NCBI GenBank assembly: GCA_041498975.1
Contig: JBGQJI010000010.1
Location: forward strand, 1-31,610
Source: Candidatus Methylomirabilis sp.
Lineage (GTDB): Bacteria; Methylomirabilota; Methylomirabilia; Methylomirabilales; Methylomirabilaceae
DNA length: 31,610 bases
Direction: 5' to 3'
Shown: positions 1-8,562 of the stretch, in pieces
Layout: every line of letters begins with the position of its first letter
Position numbering within the stretch: the stretch's first letter is position 1
Translations under genes and position numbers: made by a program
Notes under the pieces: generated by a model
What the model was told of the DNA's origin: nothing
Database searches by the model: none
The model's input: the letters and a program-made list of their open reading frames with translations, nothing else

Positions 1-400
1 CCTGTTCAGCAAGAAATTGAAGGTCCAGAAATTAAATGAGCGTCTCAAGCAAGGGTTACCCGCCATTCCAATCGATGAGCTCACAGTCGAGCCCAAGGAA
101 TACGAGAAATATTTGACAACGGCCTACAAGGCTGAGAAGTTTCCCAAGCCCAAAAATATCCTGGGGTTTGCGAAAAGTTTGCCGGTCCCCGAAATGGAAA
201 AATTGATGCTGACCAATATCGACATAAGGGACGATGACCTGAGATCGCTTGCTTCTCAACGGGCTATGAAAGTCAAAGGCACGATCTTGAAATCCGGAAA
301 GATAGAGCCGGAACGACTATTCATCGTTGAGCCAAAGTCTCTTGCACCTGAACGACGAGAAAACGTAAAGGATAGCCGCGTCGATTTTAAGATAACATAG
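1..400 (+). CDS. DUF748-family protein, C-terminal part (5' truncated by window edge)
   Basis: Motifs KFPKPKNILGFAKSLPVPEMEKLML, LRSLASQRA..VK and terminal SRVDFKI resemble DUF748 C-termini; the frame is open to the window edge. Confidence 0.7.
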   Translation, partial: LFSKKLKVQKLNERLKQGLPAIPIDELTVEPKEYEKYLTTAYKAEKFPKPKNILGFAKSLPVPEMEKLMLTNIDIRDDDLRSLASQRAMKVKGTILKSGKIEPERLFIVEPKSLAPERRENVKDSRVDFKIT

Positions 401-826
401 CGCGCTCCCCTTCGGTCACCACACGAGCCACCAAGGCTTCTGCGGCAACGAACCCATCTCGGTCGGCAGGCTCAACCCTCCTCGCCCACCCGGAGAGTAT
501 TCCACCATTGTGGAGTTTGCGTCGGCACCGCTGTGCTTCATCTGGAGAATCGTGGTGACACGCCCAATGGCTCGCAAACAATGAGGGGTGAGGCAGTGAA
601 GAGACCCCCAAGAATCCGGCCGGTTTGGAAGAGTAACGCTGTAGTTGTCTTGACCCTTATGATCGATATTCGAGGTTGAAATCTTCATGGGGCCTGCTAT
701 GATATTTAGCCAGCGTGCCTTCGATAATTCTGCAGGGCCCGGCGATGGGGAAGTGACAATGTCCAGTTCCGTTTCTGTTCCCCATGGACAGACTGGGGCT
801 GCGGTTCAACCCGAAAGGAGGGTGGA

Positions 827-1684
827 GTGATACGATTGCTTACCTCCGTGATGCTGGCAGTGCTGGTGGCCAGCCCAACGCTTGGCGCCGAGCTGGAGAG
901 CACACTGAAAAAGGTCAAGGAAACGAACAGCATCGTCATCGGCTACCGCGAGGCCTCACGCCCCTTCTCCTTCGTGGGCGATGACGGAAAACCTGTAGGG
1001 TACTCCATCGACTTGTGCTTGCGGATTGTCGCGGGCGTTCAGCAGCAGCTTGGCCTGAACGACCTGCAGGTCAAGTGGGTGCCGGTGACCCCTGAGAACC
1101 GTATTCCCCTGCTGGTCAAAGGCGCGATCGACATCGAGTGCGGATCGACAACGAACAGCCTCTCCCGACAGGAGCAAGTGGATTTCAGCAATATGATCTT
1201 CGTGGACGGGGGAAGCCTACTCGTGAAGGCGGATTCCGGCATTCGTGGCATCGGCGATCTGGGCGGAAAGCGCGTTGGCGTGATTCCGGGCACGACGACC
1301 GAGAAGGCCCTGGCGGCCTCCCTCCAGAAGCGCTATCTGAACGCCAAGCTCATCAAGGTGAAGGACCACAATGAGGGCCTCGCGTTGATCGAGAGCGGCG
1401 AAGCCGATGCCTACGCCTCGGATGAGGTTATCCTCGTCGGGTTGGCGCTGACTGCTAAGGACCCTGCGAAGCTGAGGCTCGGGGAGCAGTATTTCTCCTA
1501 TGAGCCCTACGGACTCATGCTCCGGCGAGGCGATCCAGACTTCCGCCTCGCCGTCAATCGCGTGCTGTCGCGCCTGTATCGGTCTGATCAGATCTTCGAG
1601 ATCTTCGGAAAGTGGTTCGGAAACCTGGGGAAGCCGAGTGGTCTTCTCCAGGCGATGTATATCCTGCACGGTCTGCCCGAGTAG
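827..1684 (+). CDS. Amino acid (Glu/Asp-type) ABC transporter periplasmic binding protein, GltI-like
   Basis: Signal peptide; motifs GYREASRPFSF, NRIPLLVKGAIDIECGSTT, GTTTE, EPYGLMLRRGD; SD GGAGG/GGAG upstream. Confidence 0.9.
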   Translation: MIRLLTSVMLAVLVASPTLGAELESTLKKVKETNSIVIGYREASRPFSFVGDDGKPVGYSIDLCLRIVAGVQQQLGLNDLQVKWVPVTPENRIPLLVKGAIDIECGSTTNSLSRQEQVDFSNMIFVDGGSLLVKADSGIRGIGDLGGKRVGVIPGTTTEKALAASLQKRYLNAKLIKVKDHNEGLALIESGEADAYASDEVILVGLALTAKDPAKLRLGEQYFSYEPYGLMLRRGDPDFRLAVNRVLSRLYRSDQIFEIFGKWFGNLGKPSGLLQAMYILHGLPE

Positions 1685-1884
1685 CGACCGACGGCGGAAG
1701 GCGTCCTCTGGGGACGCGCGTGTCCCGATCCTCGGTGCTCGGCCCCTCCCAAGGGAGCGAAGCGGAAGACGTCTTTCGAACCGGAACCGCAAAGCCGGTT
1801 CAGGGAAGAACTGACATGCTGCCGGGGGCGTCGAGCCTCAACCCTGACACCCTAATAACCTGCCAACCTCAAAGGAGAGGAAAG

Positions 1885-2628
1885 ATGAGCAGGAAGAACA
1901 CGAACAGCAAGAATGGCGTACATACCCTTGCCGTACTTGGGGCAGCCGTGGTTATAGCCGTGCTCGCGGCCGGAGGTCTCGTCGTCGGTCCCGCGCCCAC
2001 GTTCGCCGACGACACGCAGGACGCTCAGCAACTGGTCGAGAAGGCAAGGTTCACGTTCGAGAATTTCGCCAACGACCCGAACATGAGCGCCCTCCGCGAC
2101 CTCGTCAAGACCGCCAAGGGCGTCTACATCGCCCCCCAGGTCCTCCGAGGCGCCTTCATCATCGGGGCCTCTGGCGGCAGCGGGGTGCTGCTGGCGCGCG
2201 ATGAGAAGGCGGGCGGATGGGGCGGGCCGGCCTTCTACACGATCGGGGAGGCGAGCTTCGGCCTGCAGATCGGAGGCGAGGCCTCGGAGGTGGTGCTCCT
2301 GGCGATGACCGAGCGGGGTGTGTCGAAGCTGCTGTCCACCAGCGTCAAGCTGGGGGCCGACGTCAGCATCGCGGCTGGGCCCGTCGGGGCCGGCGTGCGC
2401 GGAGAGACCGCCGGGCTGAGCGCGGACATCGTCAGCTTCGCGCGCTCCAAAGGACTCTATGCCGGCATCTCGCTCGAGGGCGCCGTCGTGGCGACCCGTG
2501 ATGGGCTGAACAAGGCCTACTACGGCAAGGCGGTCACCCCCACCGACATCCTCATCCGCCGCGAAGTGTCGAACTCACAGGCCGACCGACTCATCCAAGC
2601 GGTCGCCGAGATGTCTGGCCGAAAGTGA
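1885..2628 (+). CDS. Lipid-binding SYLF (Ysc84/DUF500) domain protein, exported
   Basis: Start moved to ATG 1885 after SD AAGGAGAGG; signal peptide; motifs GASGGSGVL, SFGLQIGGE, AAGPVG, SKGLYAGISLEGA. Confidence 0.9.
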   Translation: MSRKNTNSKNGVHTLAVLGAAVVIAVLAAGGLVVGPAPTFADDTQDAQQLVEKARFTFENFANDPNMSALRDLVKTAKGVYIAPQVLRGAFIIGASGGSGVLLARDEKAGGWGGPAFYTIGEASFGLQIGGEASEVVLLAMTERGVSKLLSTSVKLGADVSIAAGPVGAGVRGETAGLSADIVSFARSKGLYAGISLEGAVVATRDGLNKAYYGKAVTPTDILIRREVSNSQADRLIQAVAEMSGRK

Positions 2629-2705
2629 TCGGGTCATCGACTTTTCGCGGCGATCCAGCCTTGCATCTGGACCAGATCAACTCGTGGGTCGGCCCCTACA
2701 AGTCA

Positions 2706-2907
2706 GTGTACGGAGCATGAATGAGGCGACACCTGAGCCCAGGCCGCACAGTCCGGGGGAGAGTCCGATGGTGGGCGGCGGCCCGCCCTTCTCGGTGAGG
2801 CCCGCGGGGAGGGCCGGGGCGTCGCTGACGTTCCTGCAAGTACCTTGGCCTTCCTCGCGAACGAAGCGGGGGGGGCGGAGGCGTCATCTATTTCCCGCTC
2901 CGCTTAG
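2706..2907. mobile_element. IS630-type MITE, long copy (~202 bp)
   Basis: Both ends match the reverse complement of the element at 27303-27408 (GTGTACGGAGCATGAATGAGGCG... and ...TTCCCGCTCCGCTTAG followed by TA); carries ~95 bp of extra internal sequence. Confidence 0.7.
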
Positions 2908-3035
2908 TAAGAGGTGGGCGTCTCGTCCGGGTGGGTGAGACGGAACGCAGCAATTACGAGGCGCCGCGCCCCGCACCCGCAGGGCAACTGCCCTGACAAA
3001 GCCCGATTCCGCGCCAGGATTGCGTTCCTTGCTCC

Positions 3036-3749
3036 CTACTTGGCAAAGACCTCCTTGAGGAGGTCGGTGACTCGCGCCATCGGGTCCGTCCGGATCTTGC
3101 GCTCCTCCTCGGCCACGACATAAAACAGGCCATCGAGGGCCTTCGTCACGACATACTGGTCGATGTCAAGCGCCTCGCTCTTTACAAACGGGACCGCCTT
3201 GGCGAGACCGACCAGCTCCTTGTACTGCCGGGCCACGCCGACCTCGTCCATCGTCTGCCCAACGACTGGCCCGAACGCAGCGACGAGCTTGTCGCTGCTC
3301 CTGGCCTTGAAATACTGCGTCGCCGCGGTGTCGCCACCGGTCAGTATCTTTCTGGCATCGTCGAAATTCATCTCCCCGATGGTGTCCCAGAAGATCTGTT
3401 TGGCAAATGGAGCCGCCCGTTCGGCGGCCCGGTTCATACTCAGGACGAACTCGTCAACCTGCTGGCCGTACCCAACCAGCCGCAGCCCTTTCTCCAGGGT
3501 TTGGAGCTTCTCCGGCATCAGGATCTTGATGGCCTGGTTCCGGAAGTAGCCGTCAAGCCGCCCTGTTACGCCGACCGCGTTGTCGGTACCGACCTGCAGC
3601 GCCTCTTTCAAGCCCGAGGCGATTCTCGCCTCGCTCAACTCGGTCGGCTGCCCCACACCCAGCCCCTTGAAGATCCAGTCGAGCTGTGCTGATGCAGGTG
3701 CGGCGCCTGCTAACACGATCAGGCAGGCTGTGAGTGCTTGAACCATCAT
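3036..3749 (-). CDS. DUF4197 domain protein, exported
   Basis: Motifs GLKEALQVG, SMNRAAERA, ALDGLFYVVAEEERKIRTDP..RVTDLLKEVF; SD AAGGAG before ATG 3749. Confidence 0.9.
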   Translation of the reverse strand: MMVQALTACLIVLAGAAPASAQLDWIFKGLGVGQPTELSEARIASGLKEALQVGTDNAVGVTGRLDGYFRNQAIKILMPEKLQTLEKGLRLVGYGQQVDEFVLSMNRAAERAAPFAKQIFWDTIGEMNFDDARKILTGGDTAATQYFKARSSDKLVAAFGPVVGQTMDEVGVARQYKELVGLAKAVPFVKSEALDIDQYVVTKALDGLFYVVAEEERKIRTDPMARVTDLLKEVFAK

Positions 3750-3814
3750 GGCCAACTCCTTTCATGATTGGTCACTTGTTGATCGCTTCATCGGCGGGAA
3801 TCTCACTCATGACA

Positions 3815-4663
3815 TTATTCGGCCAGAAACCGGCTGACCTCCCTGAGCGCCTCGGGGTGGGAGGCGAAAAGGATCGTATAATGATTGGCTCCGGCCACGG
3901 TCACAAGGCGCGCGTCCGGGATCGCGCTCGCCAATCGCTCTCCTTCCTCCAGCGTCATGATAGCATCGCTATTCGTCAGGAGCCCTGCGGGAGCCTGAAG
4001 GATAAGTGTAGGGAGCGCAATCTTCGTGTGATAGTCGCTCAGCGGCAAAGGAAGCAGGGTTTCGGCATCAGCCTCAACCACGTCGCGCGAGACGCGCGAT
4101 CGCGCCGCCCCTCCTGGGAGTGTCTCCGCATCGTAGCGGAAGTAGCGGTCGAGGTAGTGGTTCCAGTGTCCCGCGAGCATCGGCAGCGCCTTCATGCGGG
4201 CAAGGTAGTCGTCGAGCGACGGGAAAACCATGCCAAGGCGGTCAAGGGCGGGACGGATTGCGGAGGTGACGTCAGGCCGAAGGTCGTGTCCCCCATCCAC
4301 CAGTACGAGTCTGCGAATTCGATGAGGGTAGGTTGCGGCCATGAGCACCCCGATCATCGCCCCGAGGGAATGACCGATGTAGGAAATGGCCTCGAGCCCG
4401 AGGGCGTCGATCACCCGATCCAGGTCTCGCGGGTAGCACAACGGGTCTCGGTGGACCTCGACCGGATAGGCGGGCGGCTTGTTGGACCCGCCACGGCCAC
4501 GAAGATCCAGGGCGATCACGCGATAGCCAGGCGCCAGGTGCTCGGCCCAGCGGTCCCAGGCATGACAGTTGCCGGTGACGCCATGGATGCAGAGGACCGG
4601 GGGGCCATCGCCGGCCCACTCGTGATAGGCCAGGCGTGTTCCGTTCACAACAACGTATGGCAT
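3815..4663 (-). CDS. Alpha/beta fold hydrolase
   Basis: HG oxyanion motif, DLRGRGGS, nucleophile elbow GHSLG, C-terminal His (GANHY). Confidence 0.9.
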   Translation of the reverse strand: MPYVVVNGTRLAYHEWAGDGPPVLCIHGVTGNCHAWDRWAEHLAPGYRVIALDLRGRGGSNKPPAYPVEVHRDPLCYPRDLDRVIDALGLEAISYIGHSLGAMIGVLMAATYPHRIRRLVLVDGGHDLRPDVTSAIRPALDRLGMVFPSLDDYLARMKALPMLAGHWNHYLDRYFRYDAETLPGGAARSRVSRDVVEADAETLLPLPLSDYHTKIALPTLILQAPAGLLTNSDAIMTLEEGERLASAIPDARLVTVAGANHYTILFASHPEALREVSRFLAE

Positions 4664-4766
4664 AGGTCGATCCTGAAGTCCGTCCAGCGTAAACTCATTC
4701 TAGCAGTCCGTCGGAGTGGTTGCCTAGGCTGAACTCTCCGTCGAGGTTGGAAATGCGCAGTTGACG

Positions 4767-4855
4767 CCCCCTCACCCGCGCGCTCTCCCCCAAAGAGGGG
4801 CAAGGGGTGTTAGAAAGAGCTCTCTCCCTGCTAGGGAGAGGGTCCGGGTGAGGGT
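4767..4855. repeat. REP-like palindromic element (CCCCTCACCC.../...GGGTGAGGG family)
   Basis: Inverted ends CCCTCACCCG / CGGGTGAGGG with internal CTCTCCC-GGGAGAG hairpins; related copy at 11454-11519. Confidence 0.7.
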
Positions 4856-4859
4856 TACG

Positions 4860-4888
4860 TTGACTGCCCTCATACGAGTAGCTATGAT
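4860..4888 (+). promoter_or_regulatory. Sigma70-type promoter for the monooxygenase-kdsB unit
   Basis: TTGACT-N17-TATGAT. Confidence 0.6.
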
Positions 4889-4939
4889 AGGGGGCAATCC
4901 GATCTGGCAATACATGATTATCCTTCACGGAGGGGAACG

Positions 4940-5245
4940 ATGATTGTCGTGGCCAACAGGATTCCCGTAGCGAAAGGGTACGAGAAGGAGTTTGAAAAGC
5001 GATTTGAGCGCCGCTTCGGCGCCGTGGATCATATGCCGGGGTTCATCCGAAACGAGATCTTGCGACCCATTACGGGCGAATACTATATTGTGATGACTCA
5101 CTGGGAGAGCAAGGCGGCGTTTGAGGCCTGGACCCAGAGCGAAGAGTTCAAGCAGGCTCACGCCAACCGGCCGCCTAAGGAGATGTTTGCCGGCCCCAAC
5201 GTCTTTGAAATGCACGAAGTCATCCAGGTGGCAGAGAAGAAGTAG
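4940..5245 (+). CDS. Antibiotic biosynthesis monooxygenase family, IsdG/HmoA-like heme-degrading monooxygenase
   Basis: N7 (VANRI), FEKRF..R, PGF, WES..AFEAWTQSEEFKQAH: the Asn/Trp/His triad pattern of IsdG-like proteins. Confidence 0.8.
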   Translation: MIVVANRIPVAKGYEKEFEKRFERRFGAVDHMPGFIRNEILRPITGEYYIVMTHWESKAAFEAWTQSEEFKQAHANRPPKEMFAGPNVFEMHEVIQVAEKK

Positions 5246-5266
5246 GAGCGTGTCGGCGGGATCCCA

Positions 5267-6028
5267 ATGCAGCGCCATGAGAAGCAGGTGATCATCGGGA
5301 TCATCCCGGCGAGGCTCAATTCGACGAGGTTGCCGGGCAAGGTGCTCAGGCCGATCTGTGGCCGGCCGATGCTGCATCACGTATTCGCGCGCGCCAGCCG
5401 ATGCGAGCTTCTCGGAGATCTGGTTGTCGCGACAGATTCGAAAGAGGTGCATGACTCTTGCTCGCAGAACCAGATCAAGGTCCGCATGACCTCGAGCCAC
5501 CATGCTTCAGGCACAGATAGGATCCATGAAGTCATGCAGACCCTGCCCGCGGACATCTATGTCAACATCCAGGGCGATGAGCCGATGATCAGGCCGGATC
5601 ACCTGCAGGCCCTCTTAGACCTGTTCCTGAAGGACCCTTCCACCCAGGTCACCACGCTGAAAACCCCCATTGGTTCTGTAGAGGCCCAGAACCCTAACTG
5701 CGTGAAGGTGGTGACGGATAAGGACGGCAAGGCCCTCTACTTTTCGCGCTCCCCGATTCCTTACCATCGGGACCAGACGCAGAGCGCTACATACTTCAAG
5801 CACCTCGGCGTGTACGCGTACACACGCTCGGCACTCGATCGCTTCCACCGGCTGCCGCCATCACGGCTGGAACAGGCCGAGAAGCTCGAGCAGCTTCGCT
5901 TCCTGGAGCAAGGAATTCCGATCCGCGTAGCCGAGACCGCTTATGACACCATCGGGGTGGACACCGAAGACGATCTGCGGCGGGTCGAGCGATTTTTCCA
6001 GGGAATTGATCCCTCAGAGCGGGCCTGA
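5267..6028 (+). CDS. kdsB: 3-deoxy-manno-octulosonate cytidylyltransferase
   Basis: IPARLNSTRLPGK, SGTDRI, VNIQGDEP, ALYFSRSPIPY, LEQAEKLEQLRFLE, GVDTEDDL. Confidence 0.95.
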   Translation: MQRHEKQVIIGIIPARLNSTRLPGKVLRPICGRPMLHHVFARASRCELLGDLVVATDSKEVHDSCSQNQIKVRMTSSHHASGTDRIHEVMQTLPADIYVNIQGDEPMIRPDHLQALLDLFLKDPSTQVTTLKTPIGSVEAQNPNCVKVVTDKDGKALYFSRSPIPYHRDQTQSATYFKHLGVYAYTRSALDRFHRLPPSRLEQAEKLEQLRFLEQGIPIRVAETAYDTIGVDTEDDLRRVERFFQGIDPSERA

Positions 6029-6074
6029 TCACCATTTGCTTCTGGTTCTTTTCCTCCGGATGACCTCACAGCGT

Positions 6075-6112
6075 AGATTGCTTCGTCCCCTTCGCTTCGC
6101 TCTGGGCTTCGG
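6075..6112. repeat. Partial (right-half) copy of the GTCATTGCGAG palindromic element
   Basis: AGATTGCTTCGTCCCCTTCG is identical to 10787-10806. Confidence 0.6.
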
Positions 6113-6126
6113 CTAACCCGCTGCAC

Positions 6127-6540
6127 TTACTCGCCCATCACCTTGATGAGCGCCCGCTTTTTCCGCTGGCCATCGAACTCAGCGTAATACACCTGCTGCC
6201 AGGGCCCCAGATCCAACCGGCCGTCGGTCACCGGGACGATGACCTGGTGGTGCATCAGCAGGTTCTTCAGGTGGGCATCGCCATTGGTCTCACCGGTCTG
6301 GTGGTGTCGGTAGTCCTCGCGGTAGGGAGCCAGCCGCTCGAGCCACTCATCGATATCCCGGATCAGCCCATCCTCCGCATCGTTGACATAGACAGACGCG
6401 GTGATGTGCATCGCCGAGACCAGAATCATCCCATCACGGATCCCGCTCTTCTTGAGTGCCGCCTCCACCTCCCCGGTGATGTTGATGTAGTCGTGGTGCT
6501 TCTTGGTATTGAAGGTTAAATACTCCGTGTGGAATTTCAT
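6127..6540 (-). CDS. yjbQ: YjbQ / UPF0047 family (secondary thiamine-phosphate synthase) protein
   Basis: [41 protein letters not shown]. Confidence 0.9.
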   Translation of the reverse strand: MKFHTEYLTFNTKKHHDYINITGEVEAALKKSGIRDGMILVSAMHITASVYVNDAEDGLIRDIDEWLERLAPYREDYRHHQTGETNGDAHLKNLLMHHQVIVPVTDGRLDLGPWQQVYYAEFDGQRKKRALIKVMGE

Positions 6541-6638
6541 GCGCCCACCTCCATCCTAGTCTTCCAATGACCCTTTATCTGGCAGGTCCCGAGAAGCCGG
6601 CCCTCCAGAATGCCCTGGCTGCCGGAGGAATAATCGGT

Positions 6639-6675
6639 TTGACTTGCTGAAATGGTTACAGTATGCTGTATGCTG
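6639..6675 (+). promoter_or_regulatory. vapBC promoter with probable autoregulatory operator
   Basis: TTGACT-N17-TATGCT; near-palindrome TACAG-TATG-CTGTA (6657-6670) and tandem TATGCTG overlap the -10 box. Confidence 0.6.
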
Positions 6676-6699
6676 TAGTCGATATCAAAGGAGGGGCAC

Positions 6700-6948
6700 G
6701 TGGCAGTCACGCAACATCGTACTCAACTCTACCTCGACGAGACACACTACCGTTACCTCATCGATCAGGCAGAGCGGGAAGGCATCAGCATTGCCGAGGT
6801 CGTTCGTCGGCTGATCGATGAGAAAATCGGCCTCGCCCATGCTCGCCGAAAGTCCAGGTTCCTCGAGGTTTGCCTCGATGGCTTTAGTACCGGTAGAAAG
6901 GACGGATCCAGCCGTCACGACGATTACATCTACCGAGGCAAGCGGTGA
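6700..6948 (+). CDS. vapB: CopG/ribbon-helix-helix antitoxin (VapB)
   Basis: RTQLYL beta-strand, GISIAEVVRRLID helix, SSRHDDYIY tail; GTGA overlap with the PIN toxin gene. Confidence 0.85.
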   Translation: MAVTQHRTQLYLDETHYRYLIDQAEREGISIAEVVRRLIDEKIGLAHARRKSRFLEVCLDGFSTGRKDGSSRHDDYIYRGKR

Positions 6949-7361
6949 GGCCCGCTGGCGGCCCCATCTTCATTGATACCAGCGCTATCATCGCTGCCAG
7001 AGATGCCCGGGACGCCAATCATGAAGCCGCCATTGAATATCTTCGCGAGGTCAAAGCACAAAGGCGCCGGTTCATTGTCACACACTTTGTCTTCGCCGAG
7101 GTTCACGCTTATTTCTGCCGGGACCACAAGGTGGCAATCAGGCTAGGCGAATTGCTTCTACACGATCCCCTCTTTCAGTACGTGCGAGTCACCGCGGCTG
7201 AGGAACATGAGGCCTGGGGAGTGGCCAAACGCTATGGCGACAAGGCGTTCTCTTTCGTGGACTGCACGAGCTTCGTAGTCATGCAACGGCGAAAGCTACA
7301 AGAGGTCTTTGCCTTCGACGATCACTTTCGCCAGTACGGTCGTTTCGTTGTGCGGCCCTGA
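6945..7361 (+). CDS. vapC: PIN-domain toxin (VapC)
   Basis: IFIDTSA, VFAEV, FSFVDCTSF, FAFDDHF acidic PIN residues. Confidence 0.9.
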   Translation: MRPAGGPIFIDTSAIIAARDARDANHEAAIEYLREVKAQRRRFIVTHFVFAEVHAYFCRDHKVAIRLGELLLHDPLFQYVRVTAAEEHEAWGVAKRYGDKAFSFVDCTSFVVMQRRKLQEVFAFDDHFRQYGRFVVRP

Positions 7362-7420
7362 CGGCGATGCAGCAACAGGCCTAAGGGGATTCACCCGTAG
7401 TCCGGTGAACTGTAAGCCCG

Positions 7421-8188
7421 CTACGACAGCCAGCCGATGAAGCTTAGCTGGCTGCCGGTCCTCCCCTCTTTCCGGTAGGAAAAATACTCTTCGACGTGGC
7501 AGGCCGTACAAGGGCCGACCTCGACTATCTGCTGTCGGGGAACGCCGGCTCCGGCGAGCTGCTCGCCGTTAAGCGCCCGCAGATCGAGCCGACCCTTTGC
7601 GCCCTCCTGTCTCCAGGCGCCCTTGAGCGCCTCTGCCCAGTTTACGGTGATCTGTTTCGCGACTTCCATTCCCACTTCGTAGCAGCACGGGCCGATCGAA
7701 GGTCCCATCGCCACATGAAGCGCAGAGGGATCGATCCGGAACTCCTCCGTCATCCGGATGACCGCCCTGGCAGCGATGCCGGCAGCCGTCCCACGCCAGC
7801 CGGCATGCACCGCCCCGACGACTTTTCGATCCGGCTCCACGAAGAGTAAAGGGACGCAGTCGGCCGCCATGATCCCCAGGAAGAGCCTTGGCACATCCGT
7901 CATGAGCCCATCTCCAACGCCGGCCCGCTTCCCGGTTCCGTCGGAGACCCTCAGGATCGTGTCGCCATGGACTTGATCGGCTGTAATGACATTGACCTCG
8001 CTCAACCCCATGGCGACCTTGAGTTCGCACCAGTTCTGCTTCACCGTGTGGACATCGTCGCCATTATTATATGAGACGTTCAGGGAGGCATAGGGGGGCT
8101 GGCTCCTGCCGCCACGCCGGCCGAGGAAGCCATGGACCAAGCCATCGAAACGATCCCACTGTGGGACCTCCAGACGCAGAATACTCAT
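7421..8188 (-). CDS. pgeF: PgeF/YfiH family (peptidoglycan editing factor / purine nucleoside phosphorylase-like)
   Basis: QVHG, GDGLMT, AADCVP, HAGWRG, GPSIGPCCYEVG, CTAC...FSYR. Confidence 0.92.
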   Translation of the reverse strand: MSILRLEVPQWDRFDGLVHGFLGRRGGRSQPPYASLNVSYNNGDDVHTVKQNWCELKVAMGLSEVNVITADQVHGDTILRVSDGTGKRAGVGDGLMTDVPRLFLGIMAADCVPLLFVEPDRKVVGAVHAGWRGTAAGIAARAVIRMTEEFRIDPSALHVAMGPSIGPCCYEVGMEVAKQITVNWAEALKGAWRQEGAKGRLDLRALNGEQLAGAGVPRQQIVEVGPCTACHVEEYFSYRKEGRTGSQLSFIGWLS

Positions 8189-8197
8189 GTCGAGCGT

Positions 8198-8226
8198 ATT
8201 CTAGGAGATTAGCAAAAAGGTGTCAA
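8198..8226 (-). promoter_or_regulatory. Sigma70 promoter of pgeF
   Basis: Minus strand TTGACA-N17-TAGAAT, ending 10 nt before the start codon. Confidence 0.65.
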
Positions 8227-8263
8227 ACACGGCGAGTGGCGTGAGCGTGCAGAATCGCCAGGA

Positions 8264-8292
8264 TTGTCAGCCATCGGCCTGCATAGTATAAT
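8264..8292 (+). promoter_or_regulatory. Near-consensus sigma70 promoter
   Basis: TTGTCA-N17-TATAAT. Confidence 0.75.
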
Positions 8293-8298
8293 GACAGC

Positions 8299-8511
8299 GA
8301 GTGATCAGGTAGGTTAGGCGCAATCCGAAATTGACGGGCCTGCGATGTCTGGCTAGCCAGCGGGTGGCGTGGTGGGCGGGCGCCCACCCACGCCTTCGGC
8401 GCGGGTACCCGGCCCGCAGCGGAAGGGCCCCACTGGGGGATGGGTGGAGCGAGGACGACGGGGGCTGATCACCGCGACAGGACCCGCTGGCCGCGCTACT
8501 CACCCCGCTGG
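8299..8511 (+). ncRNA. Candidate structured ncRNA or cis-regulatory leader (family not recognised)
   Basis: Starts at the predicted TSS; closing helix GTGATCAG/CTGATCAC, several internal GC-rich hairpins, long-range GCCAGCGGGT/ACCCGCTGGC pairing; no credible ORF. Confidence 0.45.
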
Positions 8512-8562
8512 ATATTTTCGGATCGGGGTTAGGTCGCTCATGGGCCACAGGAAGGTCGGCGA

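Noticed and set aside
387..688. Small minus-strand ORFs of 74 and 90 aa
   Set aside because: No recognisable motif or clear RBS; cannot be supported without a homology search
1685..1884. c-di-GMP-I riboswitch upstream of the SYLF gene (CGCAAAGCC)
   Set aside because: The GGCAAAC..GAAA element is absent; only simple hairpins are visible
1612..1884. N-terminal extension of the SYLF ORF, and similar extensions at 11519, 18848, 19448 and 26981
   Set aside because: They overlap other genes, repeats or promoters; internal ATGs with good SD or translational coupling fit better
3734..4732. Long antisense ORFs (also 9361-10392, 11477-12340, 22110-23003, 25240-26121, 29911-31008)
   Set aside because: Shadow frames of well-supported genes in GC-rich DNA
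8299..8511. Cobalamin riboswitch, 6S RNA, SRP RNA or T-box as the identity of the structured leader
   Set aside because: Only fragments resemble them (GGCGCAATCC, CCCACTGG). The GGGAA/B12-box, the SRP GGAAGGAAGCAG loop, the T-box sequence and the 6S rod with central bubble were not found; cmscan would be decisive
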